From Camelus ferus (Eukaryota), in assembly GCF_009834535.1 (NCBI RefSeq), contig NC_045696.1:107758001-107822000 (forward strand): a stretch of DNA of 64,000 nt, in the 5' to 3' direction. Made by a program: the position numbers and the translations under genes. Below the pieces are notes generated by a model. It made no database searches. It saw nothing but the letters and a program-made list of their open reading frames with translations, and was not told where the DNA came from. The first letter of the stretch is position 1; each line of letters starts with the position of its first letter. Shown piece after piece: positions 1 to 12,549 of the stretch.

Positions 1-719
1 GTCCAGGCTCATACATGTCCCACACGCACTGAGCAAGCTCAGCTTCAAGTCCCAGGTCACAATCTGGGCCTCATTTTCTTCTGCTACTCAGTGGCCCACG
101 CAGCATCTCTCTGATCCTCGCCTCAAAACGCAGGCGGTGGCTGGCAGTACCTCAGCTGCTCAATCCGCCAAACAGCCAGAGTAACCTGAGCACTCGCAGA
201 AAAAACGTCTGCTTCTAAAGCGTGCCTTTCCTACCCAGCAAGCACGTCGATGCACGCTGAGACCCTTAAGAGATTCAGCTGGCATTCTGAGGTCAGGGTT
301 TCCACAAGTTCCCTGCGCACACCACACCCACCCCCACCCCCACGTTAACCTGAGTCTGCCCATTTAACCTCCCCTGCCAAATGCCTCGATTTTCTTGTTT
401 CCATAATGGAGCGAGAACCTATCACCCATCTTTCAAGGGACATAAGAACAAGATTTTTTTTTCTTTAATTAAGGGCCTATCATTACCTCACTATCTTATC
501 TAGTCATACTGTGAGAGGAGAATCATTACTATCTTCTATTTAGAACAAATTGACTCCCAGAGAGTAACTTGTACAAAAGTTTATAGCTTTTAACTGGTGA
601 GCCGCTGGAGCCTAGCCAGGCACATCTAAAATTCCAAAGGGAAAGCAGAGCGTGACAAAGCACAATGCTGCTTGTCCTGGTTTTACCTGCCTCTTGGTGA
701 AAGGCAACAGGTTCACAAG

Positions 720-1260
720 GTGAACATCCTCGGGCCCGCCCCGCCCTTCGCGGCATCGCGCTGATTGGCTGGGAGGGAAGCCGCGCAAGCTATGATAGGT
801 CCGGAACGCCGGGGCGGGCTCCCCTGGGCCCCCTCAGGACTCACTCGCTTATGCTGCGCGTCGATGCGGCGCTGGCCTCCTCCCAGCAGTGCGGCTTGAC
901 GCTTGTTCTCGATACGCTCGTTAACCGAGACAGGCTGGGTGCACAGGCTGCGCACTGCGGCGCGGAGACCTCTCACTGCAAATGTGAGCCTGGCTCCGGC
1001 CGCCGCCACCAGTACTACCGCCGCCATTTTCGCTCTGCCTGTTTGCCCGCAGCCGGCGCACTTAAGTGCGCATGTGCATCAAGTGCGTCGGCGGAATCTG
1101 CGCCTGCGCAGCGTCGGCGGGACGTAGGGAACCTGTGTGTGGGCTGGAATGCTCAGCGCGTAGAGGCAGACCGGAGAGTTCGAGACCCAGGGCTGCGCTA
1201 GGGCATCACCTTGAGACGTGTGAGCCCAGCCAGCCGATACTGCGCCCGCCAGGCTGCACA
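720..1260 (-). promoter_or_regulatory. CpG island / PCCB promoter with NRF1-like, YY1, GC-box and CCAAT motifs
   Basis: High CpG density; TGCGCATGTGCA 1067-1078, TGCGCCTGCGCA 1099-1110, CCGCCATTTT 1021-1030, CTGATTGGCT 761-770, CCCGCCCCGCCC 735-746. Confidence 0.85.
845..1027 (-). CDS. PCCB: Propionyl-CoA carboxylase beta chain, coding exon 1 (61 codons incl. mitochondrial transit peptide); gene continues off the left edge
   Basis: Translation [14 protein letters not shown]...[35 protein letters not shown] matches the PCCB N-terminus; 183 nt ending at a phase-0 donor CGA|GTGAGT (844-839); ATG in AAAATGG context. Confidence 0.96.
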
Positions 1261-1574
1261 GAAGAGGGGCTTAGTTGCTTTTCTCTGGCTACCTCGACCC
1301 CTAGTTTTGTCTTCCCACTTCCTCCAGAAAATGAATAGAAGAGTTAACCAACATTTACTGAACATTGTTCCCAGTGTTGCTTTAAGCATTTACCTATATT
1401 AGCTTATTATCTGATTTCACAGAGGAGGCAAATGAAGAACAGAAGCTAGAGTGGTTTGATCCGGCCGAGACCAAATATGTGGTAGAATGAGGATTATCAC
1501 AGAAATGTATTATGTGCTGCTCACTGAACACAGTAATTCGTCGTCACCTAAAAGCGAATTGGAAATGAAAACTC

Positions 1575-1694
1575 AGATTCTCAAAGTCCACCCCAAATCT
1601 ACTAAATCAGAAATTCTGAGGATGCGGCCAGCGATCTGTTTCAACAGATGGTCCCTAGGTGATTTTGATGCTTGCTAGTGTTTGAGAACCACTG
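1575..1694. mobile_element. MER5A-like hAT-Charlie DNA transposon fragment
   Basis: Typical ...actaaatcagaaattctg...ggtgattttgatgc...tttgagaaccactg terminus. Confidence 0.65.
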
Positions 1695-2869
1695 CCTTAA
1701 GGATTTAGAACTGAACTGTTGGGAGCTTGTCCATCTGTTTCCCAGGAACAGGCAGCTCTTCGAGGCAAAGAACAAGGTGCGTCTTTCATATTCTTAGCCA
1801 CAGAAAATTGTGGCTAACTGTTTGATTATTAACCCCTCCAAGCTCCATCTCACAGCCAGGGCCTTGATAAAGTCCAAGATTCTAACATTAATACAATTAA
1901 ATTAAGCAAACATTCTTGAGCAGCTACTGTATGCGAAAAACTAACCACCAGCACTTACTACCTTTCATAGAGTGGGAGTTGTTCACCTAGATACGCAGGG
2001 AAGCTGAGGGTCTAAGGCTTAAAGTGATAATGGTTGGACAAAGCACACCTGCCTCTCTTTGACTCATGGTAGATGCTCTTGGCCCAGCATTTGAGTCCCT
2101 GCTTTAAGGACCTCACCAACCTAGAGAGTTAGACAAAGGACTGGCCTGGTGGCACAGGGGAGAATTGGGGCAAACTGTGTGTGTGAAGGAGAGTATCTCT
2201 GAGAAGGTAACAGCATACCAGAGAATAGGAGTAATGGCATGTTCAGATTCACAGACATGGTTGTGTCCCCAGCTTTTGGGAGAATTGTAAATGAGCCTAG
2301 AAAGCAGTTAAGGAGTTAAGAGTGTGAAGAATTTTGCCATATTCAGTTATTAGGACTTTATTTGGGCTGGGGGCAGTGGGACTCCTTTGTCCTAAAGTGT
2401 TTGCATGTCCGTCTCCTGTGGCACAGCTCGTCCTGTATTAATGTTATTTAGCTCTCTTCCCAGTTAGATTCCCAGGCCAGAGGGCAGGGACCATGACTGG
2501 CTTGCTCACCACTGTGGCCCCTGCTCTTGGAACAAGGTCCAATACATAGGAGGCCTTCAGAAGGTATTTGTGGAATTGAACTGAGCCAGCAAATAGACAA
2601 TTGCATGTGGCCCAGGAGCCTAGGGTGGGTGGAAGGAGGGGGAGGATTCAACTACTCGGTAATTGCTCTCTAGAATCCTCCCACGCTCTGGGCTATTTTC
2701 CTGCCCCTAGTCCTCCTCACTGGGTTACTGTGTTTGAGTTATTTCTCCAGTTTGGGACAGTAGTCACCCCAATCTGGTCATTCTACCCTTGTCAGTGACC
2801 ACTGTCAGCAGAAACGGGTGAAATGGAAGGAAGGGGTAAATTTGGAAGGGTTCACGCACATTTGGGAGA

Positions 2870-3235
2870 GTTTGTTAGTCTGGGTCTTCAGAGAAGCAGC
2901 GGCTAAGAGGGGAATTAAATATTTAAGAAATCAATTAGGGGACCACCTGTGAGAGAAAATGGGGCAGCATCTGGGAGAGGTATCAATCAATGCAGTGCAA
3001 GTCTGACCCCCCCAATCAAGGAGAACGAGAAGGAAGAAAGGTAACTAGGAGCTTTTTAGATTACTGTGCAATTTTAAGGAAAGTTCAGCAAGGCTGTCCA
3101 GGAGGCCTAGAGCCAAAGTATTCCTACCCCTGTTTGGCTGGGAGCAGCCCGTGATAGGTGTGACCTCAGTGCAAAATTCAGCAAATTCAGAACAATAGCT
3201 GGGGCTCTCAGTCAATTACACTTGGTGCAGTCCAG
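2870..3235. mobile_element. ERVL LTR (LTR16-like) solo fragment
   Basis: Shares blocks (cctgtgagagaaaatgggg, gcaagtctgaccc, taaggaaagtt) with the LTRs at 12550 and 14160. Confidence 0.55.
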
Positions 3236-3416
3236 GTGTCTTCTCACCTTAGAGAGTTCTGCGTGGGTGGGAGTAAAGGGTGTTAGAGGAAATTTTGGAG
3301 AGCAGCTGCCATCCATGTGGGGAAAGACAATTTTTTAAATGTTTCTTGTGCATTATGAATGCACTTCTCCCTTAGCGTTTTATTTAAAAAAACCTAAGGG
3401 AAAAATGCAATACTTT

Positions 3417-4324
3417 ATTTTTATTGAAGTATAGTCAGTTTACAATGTGTCAATTTCTGGTGTAAAGCATAATGTTTCAGTCATACATGTACATACATAT
3501 ATTCCTTTTCATATTCTTTTTCATTATAAGTAACTACAAGATATTGAATATAGTTCCCTGTGCTATACAGTTGGACCTTGTTGTATATCTATTTTATGTA
3601 CAATAGTTAGTATCTGCAAATCCAAACTCCCAATTTATCCCTCCACCCTTACCTTTCCCCGCTGGTAACCATAAGTTTATTTTCTATGTCTGAGTTTGTT
3701 TCTGTTTTGTAAATAAGTTTATTTGTGTCATTTTTTTAAGATTCCACATATAAGTGATATTACATGGTATTTTTCTTTGTCTTTCTGGCTTACTGCACTT
3801 AGAATGACATTCTCCAGGTCCACCCATGTTGTTGCAAATGGCATTATTTTGTTATTTTTTATGGCTGAATAGTATTCCATCGTATAAATATACCACATCT
3901 TCTTTATCCAGTCATCTGTTGAGGGACATTTAGGTTGTTTCCATGTCTTGGCTTTATTGTAAATTGTGCTGCTATGAACATTGGGGTGCATATATCTTTT
4001 CAAATTAGAATTTCTTCTGGATATATGCCCAGGGGTGGTATTGCTGGATCATATGGTAAGTCTATTTTTAGTTTATTAAGGAATCTCCATACTGTTTTCC
4101 ATAATGGCTGCACCTAACTACATTCCTTCCAACTCTGTAGGAGGGTTCCCTTTTCTCCACAGCCTCTCCAGCATTTGTCATTTGTGGACTTTCGAATGAT
4201 GGCCATTCTGACTGGTGTGAGGTGATACCTCATTGTAGTTTTATTTGCATTTCTCTGATAATTAGCGATGTTGAGCATTTTTTCATGTGCCTATTGGCCA
4301 CTTGTATGTCTTCATTGGAGAAAT
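3417..4324 (-). mobile_element. LINE-1 3' end (ORF2 C-terminus + 3' UTR), 5'-truncated
   Basis: Minus-strand [34 protein letters not shown] is L1 ORF2p C-terminus; flanking target-site duplication. Confidence 0.92.
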
Positions 4325-4343
4325 AAAAATACAGTACTTTTTA

Positions 4344-4486
4344 GGAGGAGGGTATAGCTCAGTGGTAGAGTGCATGCCTAGCATGCATAAGGTCCTGGGG
4401 TCAATCCTCCATACCTCCATAATCAATCAGTCAATCAGTCAATCAAATTATCTCCCCAACAAAAATAAACAACTAAAAAAAAAAAA
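4344..4486 (+). mobile_element. tRNA-derived SINE (camelid vic-1-like)
   Basis: ggagggtatagctcagtggtagagtgcatgcctagcatgcataaggtcctggggtcaatcc: A/B-box tRNA head, A-rich tail, TSD aaaaat(a/g)cagtacttt. Confidence 0.85.
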
Positions 4487-4863
4487 TGCAGTACTTTAAA
4501 TTCACTTTTTTTCCCCCTGAAATGTGTTTCTTTGACTGTTGAGATTGGGTCACAAGAGCCCTGGTTTAAATTCCAGTTAAAATTGTTATAAAGACATGGA
4601 GCCTGGTTTTCCTCAGACCACATATATTTTCCAAGCCATCTTGGAAAATCCTCAATTTTTCTGTCTCCTTGGGCTCTGTGGGAAATGAGCAGAATTGGCC
4701 TGTCCTTTTTTCCAAAGGCATTTCCAGATATTCTTCCACCCTTGCTGAGCTCCTCTTCCTTCAAAGTTTTTGCCATATGTTTTATCACCTTCCAGCATTC
4801 CCTGACCTCCTCTCCCTTCTCCTGTGATGTCCATGTCAGGCTCACTTTTTCCCTCTTCCCTGC

Positions 4864-7544
4864 TGTATTAGTCAGGGTTAGGGTTCTCCAAAGAAACAGA
4901 ATGATCAGGATAGATAAATAGATAGGATATTGATTTATTAATTATAAGAATTGGGTCACATGGTTATGGAGGCTGAGAAGTCCCAGTATCTGCTGTCTGC
5001 ATCCAAATTGAAAAGGAAGAGTCATTATTTGCAGATAAAATATTACATACAGAAAACACTAAAGACGTTCAAAAAGACGTTAGAACTAATAAATGAATTT
5101 ATTAATTGCAGGATACAAAATCAATCTGCAAAATCTGTTTCATTTCTTTAAGCTAATAGCAAACTATCAGAAAGTGAAATTAAGGAACAATCTCATTCAC
5201 AATTGCCTCAAAAAGAATAAAATACCTAGGAATAAATTTAACCAAGGAGGTGAAAGACCTGTACATTGAAAATAATAAGAGATTAATGAAGGAAATTGAA
5301 GAATACACAAATAGATTGTAAGACATTCCATGCTCATAGACTAGAAGACTTAATATTGTTAAAATGTCTGTGCTACCTAAAGCAATCTAGAGATTCAGTG
5401 CAATCTCCATCAAAATTCCCATGGCATTTTTCACAGAAATAGAACAAAACCATGAACCACGAAAAGACCCCAGATAACCAAAGCAATCTTGAGAAAGAAG
5501 GACATAGCTGGAGACATCATTCTCCTAATTTCAAACTTTATTAAACTATAGTAATCAAAACAGTATAGTATTGGCCCCAAAACAGACACAAAGATCAATG
5601 GAACAGAATCAGAAGCCAAGAAGTAAACCCATGCATATATGGCCAATTAAATAAAGGAGCCAAAAGTATACAATGAAGAAAGAACAATCTCAATAGTGTT
5701 GGGGAAACTGGACAGCCACATGAAAAAGAATGAAACTAGACCATTATCTTACACCATGCACAAAAATTAACTCAAAATGGATTAAAGACCTGAATGTAAG
5801 AACTGAAACCATAATACTCCTTTTAGAAAACAGACACAGTAAGCTCCTTGATGTTGATCTTGGCGATGATTTTTTGCATTTGACACCAAATGCAAAGGCA
5901 GCAAAAGCAAAAAGAAACAGGTGGGACTGCATCACACTAAAAAGCTTATACACAGCAAAGGAAACCACTGACAAAATGAAAAGGCAACCTACCAAATGGG
6001 AGAAAATATTTGCAAATCATACATCTGATAAGAGGTTAATATCCAAAATATATGAAGAACTCATACAACTTGGTAGCAAAAAAAATAAAAAATAAAAAGT
6101 GAGCAGAAGATCTGAAGAGGAATTTTTCCAAAGAAGACATTCAGATGCCCAACATGTACCTGAGAAGGTGAACATTACTCATCATCAGGGGAATGTAAAT
6201 AAAAACCACAATGAGTTACCACTTCACATCTGCTAGAATGGCTAATATCCAAAAGACAAAAAATAACAAGTGTTGGCACAAATGTGGGGAAAGGGTAATA
6301 CTTGTACACTCTTGTTGGGAATGTGAATTGGTACAACCACTATGGAAAACAGTATGGAGTTTCCTCAAAAAACTGAAAATAGAACTGCTATATGATCTAG
6401 CAATTCCACTTCTGGATATTTATCTGAAGAAAATGAAAACACTAATTCAAAAAGATATATGTAACAACACATTTATTGCAGCATTATTTACAATAGCCAA
6501 GATGTGGAAACAGCCTAAGTGTCCACCAATGGATAAATGGATAAATTATATATATATATATATATTATTCAGCCATGAAAATGAATGAAATCTTGCCATT
6601 TGTGACATTATGGGTGGACCTTGAGGGCATTATGCTAATTTAAATAGATCAGACAGAGAAAAACAAATACTGTATGATCTCATTTATATGTGGAATCTTA
6701 AAAAAAAAAATCAGCTTAGATTGGTGGTTGCCAGAGGTGGAATGGAGGGGCAAAATGAGTGAACGAGGTCAAAAGGTACAAATTTCCAGTAATAAATATG
6801 TCATGGCGATATAATACAATATGGTGACCATAGTTAATCATACTGTATTTCATATTTGAAAATTTCTAAGAGAGTAGATCTTAAAAGTTCTCATCACAAG
6901 AAAAAAATTTGTAGCTATGTATGGTGATGTATGTTAACTAGAATTGTGGTGACCATTCCACAATATATGTATAAATACAGAATCATTATGTTGTACACCT
7001 GAAACTGACATAATGTTTTATGTCAGTTGTACCTCAACTTAATAAGAAAGCCCTCTATAATATTCATAGTTTATTGCATATTTACAAATGAAACAATGAA
7101 TGTTAAAGACTATATGGTCGTATTTTTAAAAAAGAAAAGAAAGAAAGCTGGAGAACCATGAAAGCCTGTTGTGCAATTCCACCTGATTCCAAAAGTCTGA
7201 GGAATGGAGGCTGGAGAGTTAAGGATGTTAAGTCTCCATCTGAGTCCAAAAGCGTAGAATCAGGAATGCAGATGTCCTAGAGCAGTAGAAAATGGTTGTT
7301 TCACCTCAAGCACAGACAGGGAATTTGGCCTTCCTCTGCCTTTTTATCCTATTTAGGCCCTCAGTGGATTGAGAGGTGCCCACCCCTGTTGCCGAAGATG
7401 ATCCTTTTCCCCAAGATGCTGAATCAAATACAAATCTCTTCTAGAGACTCACTTACAGACACACCCAGAAATAATGTTTATCAGCTATCTGGGCATCCCT
7501 TAGCCTAACCTTAGTCCAGGTGACACATAAAATTAACCATCACA
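4864..7544. mobile_element. MLT2-like ERVL solo LTR split by an L1 insertion (pieces ~4864-5003 and ~7140-7544)
   Basis: TGTATTAGTCAGGG start, ...cataaaattaaccatcaCA end, 5-bp TSD CCTGC (4859-4863 / 7545-7549). Confidence 0.8.
5005..7135 (+). mobile_element. LINE-1 (L1MA-like) ORF2 3' part and 3' UTR, degenerate
   Basis: ORF fragments KLDHYLTPCTKINSKWIKDLNVR and [32 protein letters not shown] are L1 ORF2p. Confidence 0.92.
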
Positions 7545-7999
7545 CCTGCCTTCCACCACCATTCTCAAGAGAGTTCATTCAGCCTTCAAGCTGGTGTCCT
7601 CTGACTCCCTGGCCTCAGAACGCCTCAGCCTCCTCAACAACAAGACCCTTCAACCCTGCTCCACTTCACCCACCCACATGCTGGGCATTGGAATCATCAA
7701 AAATTGCTACGCTTCCAGGACCTGGAATCTGGAGGTTCTCCCTACCTCTTTTCCTGCTGCATGTCCCACACCCTTTCTTCATTACTGAATCTGGTCCATG
7801 CCCTCAATATAAACTTTTAATTCCTCAGTGTAACTATCTGAACTCTACCCACTCTAGCACTCTGGCCTCTCTTGACCCCTTTCCATCAAGATCACCAAGC
7901 CAAGGCCCAACCCTGGGTCACCACTTCCTTTGGATCACCCCCATTTTGCTCACAGAGTGCCCACAGTTGCTGGAAGAAGTCCCCTGAAATCATACCAAG

Positions 8000-8463
8000 T
8001 ATATTAGTTTCCTAGAGCTACTGCAACAAGTTACCATAAAATTAGTGCCTTAAAACAACAGAAATTTATTTTCTCACAGTTCTGGAGGCCAAGAGTCCAA
8101 AATCAAGGTGTTGGCAGGGACATTCTCCCTTCAAAAGCTCTAGAGGAGAATCCTTTCTTGCCTCTTCCAGCTGCTGATGGTTCCTGGTGTTCCTAGGGTT
8201 GGGGCAGCATCACTCTAATCTCCCATCTCCATCTCCATCTTCACATGGGCTTCTCCCTGTCTGTAATCCCCCCATCCCTTTTGTTGTTAGAGGACCCAGT
8301 CATTGGATTTAGAGCCCACCCTAAATTCAAGATGACCCCATCTGGAGGTTATTAATGGGATTACATATGCAAGAGTCTATTTCCAAATAAGGTCACATTC
8401 ACAGGTGCCAGAGGTTAGGGCCTGGACATATATTTTGGGGGGGACATAATTCCCAACACTACA
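8000..8463. mobile_element. MaLR LTR (MLT1-like)
   Basis: tattagtttcctag...aaacaacagaaatttattttctcacagttctggaggc...ccaaataaggtcacattcacagg signature. Confidence 0.8.
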
Positions 8464-9290
8464 CAAGGTCAACTGCAGATTCTTGCCATTCCTTGCTGTT
8501 CTCAGCACTGTCTCTGCATGTCCATATCAAATGTATCCAGTTTCAAACGTCATTTCTTCCACAAAGCATTTCCACAGTTTCCCATTATAAGTAACATCTT
8601 CTTTTTCTAAACTCCTATCAGCTTTTTGTTCCTCATTTATAGCTTTTTATCAATTTCTACCTTTTATTGGTGCTATCCAAGTAAGAGAGACTTCCACTTT
8701 CTCTGCTTACCTGGGTTGCAGAAAGTGTCTCATTAACAGACTTAACTTTGGAATCTAAGTTCTGGCTGGAATCATATATGTTGCTCCTGCCACCACTGAA
8801 CATGCTGCCCTGGCCCCTCTGCTCTAAAAGTCCCTGTCTTTCTCAACCACAAGAGGTTTAATGATTCTTAGTGATTCTTCTTCCCTAACCGGTTCTCTGT
8901 CTTCCTACCTCTTTGCTCCTCCTTTCCCCTGGTCCCCTGCTCAGCAACCTGTCCCTTCTCTACTTCCACCTCTCCATCTCCAGCCTTGTTCAGCCCTGTG
9001 AAGCACAAATGTGCCCCCCAGGCTGCCAATTGCCTCCCTTTTTTCTCCTCCACAGGTTGCTTGGGGCTTTCTCCTATCTTCTCCACCTGACCCACTAGAT
9101 AGTCTTAACTTTCTCCAAGAACACCCCCTTCACCTTCTTCTTTTCCTGATGGCCTTAGTTCTTTTCCTTCTAATACCCGATATGATTTCCATCCCACGAA
9201 ATTACTGCATTCTTCTTTTGTGCTCCCGTAGTTTGTCCCTGATTCTGTGGTGGTACCTGCTTGGTAAGTTGCATTAAAATTACTTGCTCA

Positions 9291-9374
9291 GGGGTGGGGG
9301 TAAAGTGCATGTTTAGTGTGCATAAGGTCCCGGGTTCAATACTCAGTACTTCCGTTTAAAAAAAAACAGCTATG
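9291..9374 (+). mobile_element. Internally deleted tRNA-derived SINE
   Basis: gtgcatgtttagtgtgcataaggtcccgggttcaat core; TSD aaaattacttgctcag / aaaactacttgttcag. Confidence 0.75.
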
Positions 9375-10489
9375 AAAACTACTTGTTCAGGTTTTGCTAA
9401 CTTTTCCCTTCCCACTCACGTCACACTCTAATTCTATACTATATTTACACCCGATAATGGGTTTGGGATGTATGTGTTCAGAACTGTGGTATACTGAGTA
9501 CACCTGGAATGGCAGAAGATATGAAAAAGGACGTTAATTCAAAGAGCCCTTGATCTCACAAGAACAGTTCCAGTATTGCCTTCTGAGCATACTGATTCTA
9601 CCACCTTTGGGGGTGCCCTGTTCCATTTCAACCAAAAGAGTCTATATGATTCCTTCCATTTCTCAATACTGGGTTGCATTTAAGCTAAAATACAGCTGTG
9701 ATACAAGAAATATCCTTTTGTTTCTCCCATCTTCCTCCTTTCTAACCCTTTCCAACTGCTTAGAAAATTCTAAGATAAGAGTCGTGGTACTGGATTAAGA
9801 AATGTTTCTTTTAATTAGTGGCTTCTCCTCCCAATTTCTTTTTCTCTTATAATTCCTTCTGTACTTCTAAAAGACTATATGAACCATGCTAATTTCACAA
9901 TTATTTTTATCATAATGGGTGGTTTTAAGCATTTGGTATGAAATATGCTGTTCTAAAGCAATTAAAGTTAACATCTAGAAATGGGAAAAATTAACTATTA
10001 ATATATGACTCTCCATTGGATTATAAGCTTGTTTAAAGTAAAGATTCTATAATTTTTGTTTCTATGTTTCTAGTGCCCAGTGGTTCCTGATACATGGGAG
10101 GTACTCAATCACTGAATGAACTTTATCTCTCCCTACTCCAGTTTCTCTAGGAAAAGGGAATCATTTGACCCTTGGCTTCATCATTACAGGCAGCTTGAAA
10201 CCTATATATTTTCCCAAGGGTGCTGTTGACATTTGAGACATACTTACTGGGAAACATCAAAAGTAATAAAGATAATCGCTTTCCATTAGGGTATGGTTCA
10301 TCCAATGCAACTCTACTCTGAAATTCAACTTTATGATTGATGCAAGCGTGACCCTGAGTGAATCAGAGAAAGAAGGAAGGAAGGTTGGGAAGAAGTAAGT
10401 ATCTTAGACTGCAGTACATTCAAAGGAAATTCAGCAGAAGAGCTGAATGAAGTGATGCCACTATCTGCCACCACAGATGATCTGTTATT

Positions 10490-10612
10490 TTGTCAAGGAG
10501 GAAAGAAGAAAGAAAGGAAGGGAGAGACAAAGGGAGGAAGGGAGGATAAGAGAAAAGGGAAGAAAAAGTAAAGGAGAGGAAGGGGAAGGGAAGAACAAAA
10601 AAGGAAAATAAA
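10490..10612 (+). repeat. Purine (GA)-rich low-complexity tract
   Basis: Almost pure A/G run. Confidence 0.8.
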
Positions 10613-11534
10613 AACACATGCTGTTTGAAAGCTTCAAAAACAGTTGCAACAAGAGAATTGTCTTTTCAAACCCTTTTATATATAGGAAACGATTAAGCAA
10701 ATATAGAGGTTTTCCATATTTCCAGAATTAGATGCCATAGACTAGAAGAGGCCCTAGAAAGAAGCACTGCAGTAATTAGAAGTTGATGAAGGGTTTCTGG
10801 TACAATGGAAAAATATGCTTTGATGCCATCAAAACTGAATTCCAAGTAAGACTCACAAGCACTGTGACTGAAAAAAAAATCAATTCATCTCTTTGAGAGG
10901 CAATTTTCCCACTTATTAACAGCAATAGTAATACTACCCCTACAGAAGAAATGGAAGGATTAAATTAAGTATGACAGCACATTTAAAGTGCTTTTCACAG
11001 TGCTGGGTGTGCACTAGGTACTTAATGAATAGTAATCCCTTTGACTCTATCTTGGAAGGAGAGTCCAATATAGATAGGAAAGATAGTGTAGATGAAACAG
11101 ATTCTGAAGATCTGAAGAAGATCTCCAGAATTCCAAGGAAGGAATTGTTAAGAGGCTGAAAATGAGAAAAAGTCAAAAAGCAAGCGAATCTAAAAGCAGG
11201 GAAATACAGCCAAGATCATGCCACAAGAACAGTCTGGCTAGGACGTTGACCTAAAAAAAACCTCTGTTGTCAGACCTTGTTGCTACTGCCCCTGGATTCC
11301 CGAGGCCATACCACTACTGTGAAAAGTTTCTATATTGTCATGTATCTTTGTAGGACTCCCACACTGAGTCTCGATTAGGAATGTGTTAGATTGTCAAGAG
11401 ACTAAGTAACATGCCCACACCCTAGCATGAGAAGCATCTAGCCCGTTTGGCATCAAGAGTCCCATAATGGGAGACTCTCTCTAAACAAAAGGGAGTTAAG
11501 ATGGTGAGTAGCCAAGAAAAGGACAAAGGATTTC

Positions 11535-12090
11535 TGTATTATTTAGAATAATGCTAGCAACTGTAACAAACCAACCCCCGAAATTTCAATGACCTAAGAT
11601 AATAGAAGCTTTTTGTTCACTCATATAACAATCCATTGTAGGTGTGCCTCCACATGGTGGGCAGCTTTCCTCCACATGGTGATTCAGGGACCCAGGCTCC
11701 TTCCATCTTGTGGCCTTACCATCCCTAGTGCCCTCTGTGTTCAACTGGAGAATGGCTAAGGAGACAAGTGGAAGAGGAGTCCTGCTTCTTCTTCTTCTTC
11801 TTCTTTTTTTTTTTTTTTTTGTGGGAGGAGGTAATTAGTTTTACTTATTTACTTATTCTTAGAGGGAGTACTGGGGATTGAACCCCAGACTTCATGCATG
11901 CTAAGCATGCACTCTACCAGTTGAGCTATACCTTCCCCCCGAGGAGTCCTGCCTCTTAAAGATCCCAGCTAGCCCTGGAGATAGGAGCAAACTTGACAAT
12001 GTAGTCCCTGGTTGGCCAGCCACTTTCTAGCCACAACTCCACAATACAGAAAGAGGGAGATCACAAAATTTTGATTGATAGCTGTCTATG
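11535..12090. mobile_element. Old MaLR LTR (MLT1J/K/L-like) interrupted by a SINE
   Basis: ctgtaacaaac...ggtgattcagggacccaggctccttccatcttgtggc motif. Confidence 0.55.
11791..11940 (-). mobile_element. tRNA-derived SINE (vic-1-like), full length
   Basis: Reverse complement gggggaaggtatagctcaactggtagagtgcatgcttagcatgcatgaag...; poly-T tail; 17-bp TSD gaggagtcctgc(t/c)tctt. Confidence 0.88.
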
Positions 12091-12549
12091 CTATATCCTC
12101 TACTGGGTCAATGTCTGTGTTAAAATGTATGGGGATTGCAGGCAGGGAACTGAAGATGAAGGCACCCTGAGAAGATGGGGAGCTGTTTCAAGTAGGGGAT
12201 CTGGAGAGTGGGGAAAGAGACAGTATTCCAGGAAGTTGAGGTAAGTGGGGAAACATCAGTCCTTGGATATAGGGTTGTCTGAACAACTCAGCATCCCTGA
12301 CAACCTCTTTCCCATGACTGTTGCTCTGAATTCCTTCTATATATAGGGCACTCGGTGAAGTGCAAAGGTTGGCAAGGGTGACAATATGGTGACTATTTCC
12401 AGGAGACTTCTAAACTAATTGAGAAGATGTGGACATGGAAAGATAGATTTTGTTTTCTAGGTAGCTCTTTGGGAAGTGTAGGGTGAGTGGTGGAGGCAAG
12501 TGCTATAAAAGCTGAAAATAGGAAGTTATCACTGACTGCTGGGGACTTA

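Noticed and set aside
713..844. C-terminal part of the 104-aa PCCB ORF
   Set aside because: Read-through into intron 1 past the GTGAGT donor
4348..4420. Apparent tRNA gene (also 11870-11940, 24740-24794, 38655-38715)
   Set aside because: Diverged copies with A-rich tails and TSDs: SINEs, not tRNAs
5730..6588. L1 ORF2 fragments as functional genes
   Set aside because: 5'-truncated, frameshifted and stop-interrupted
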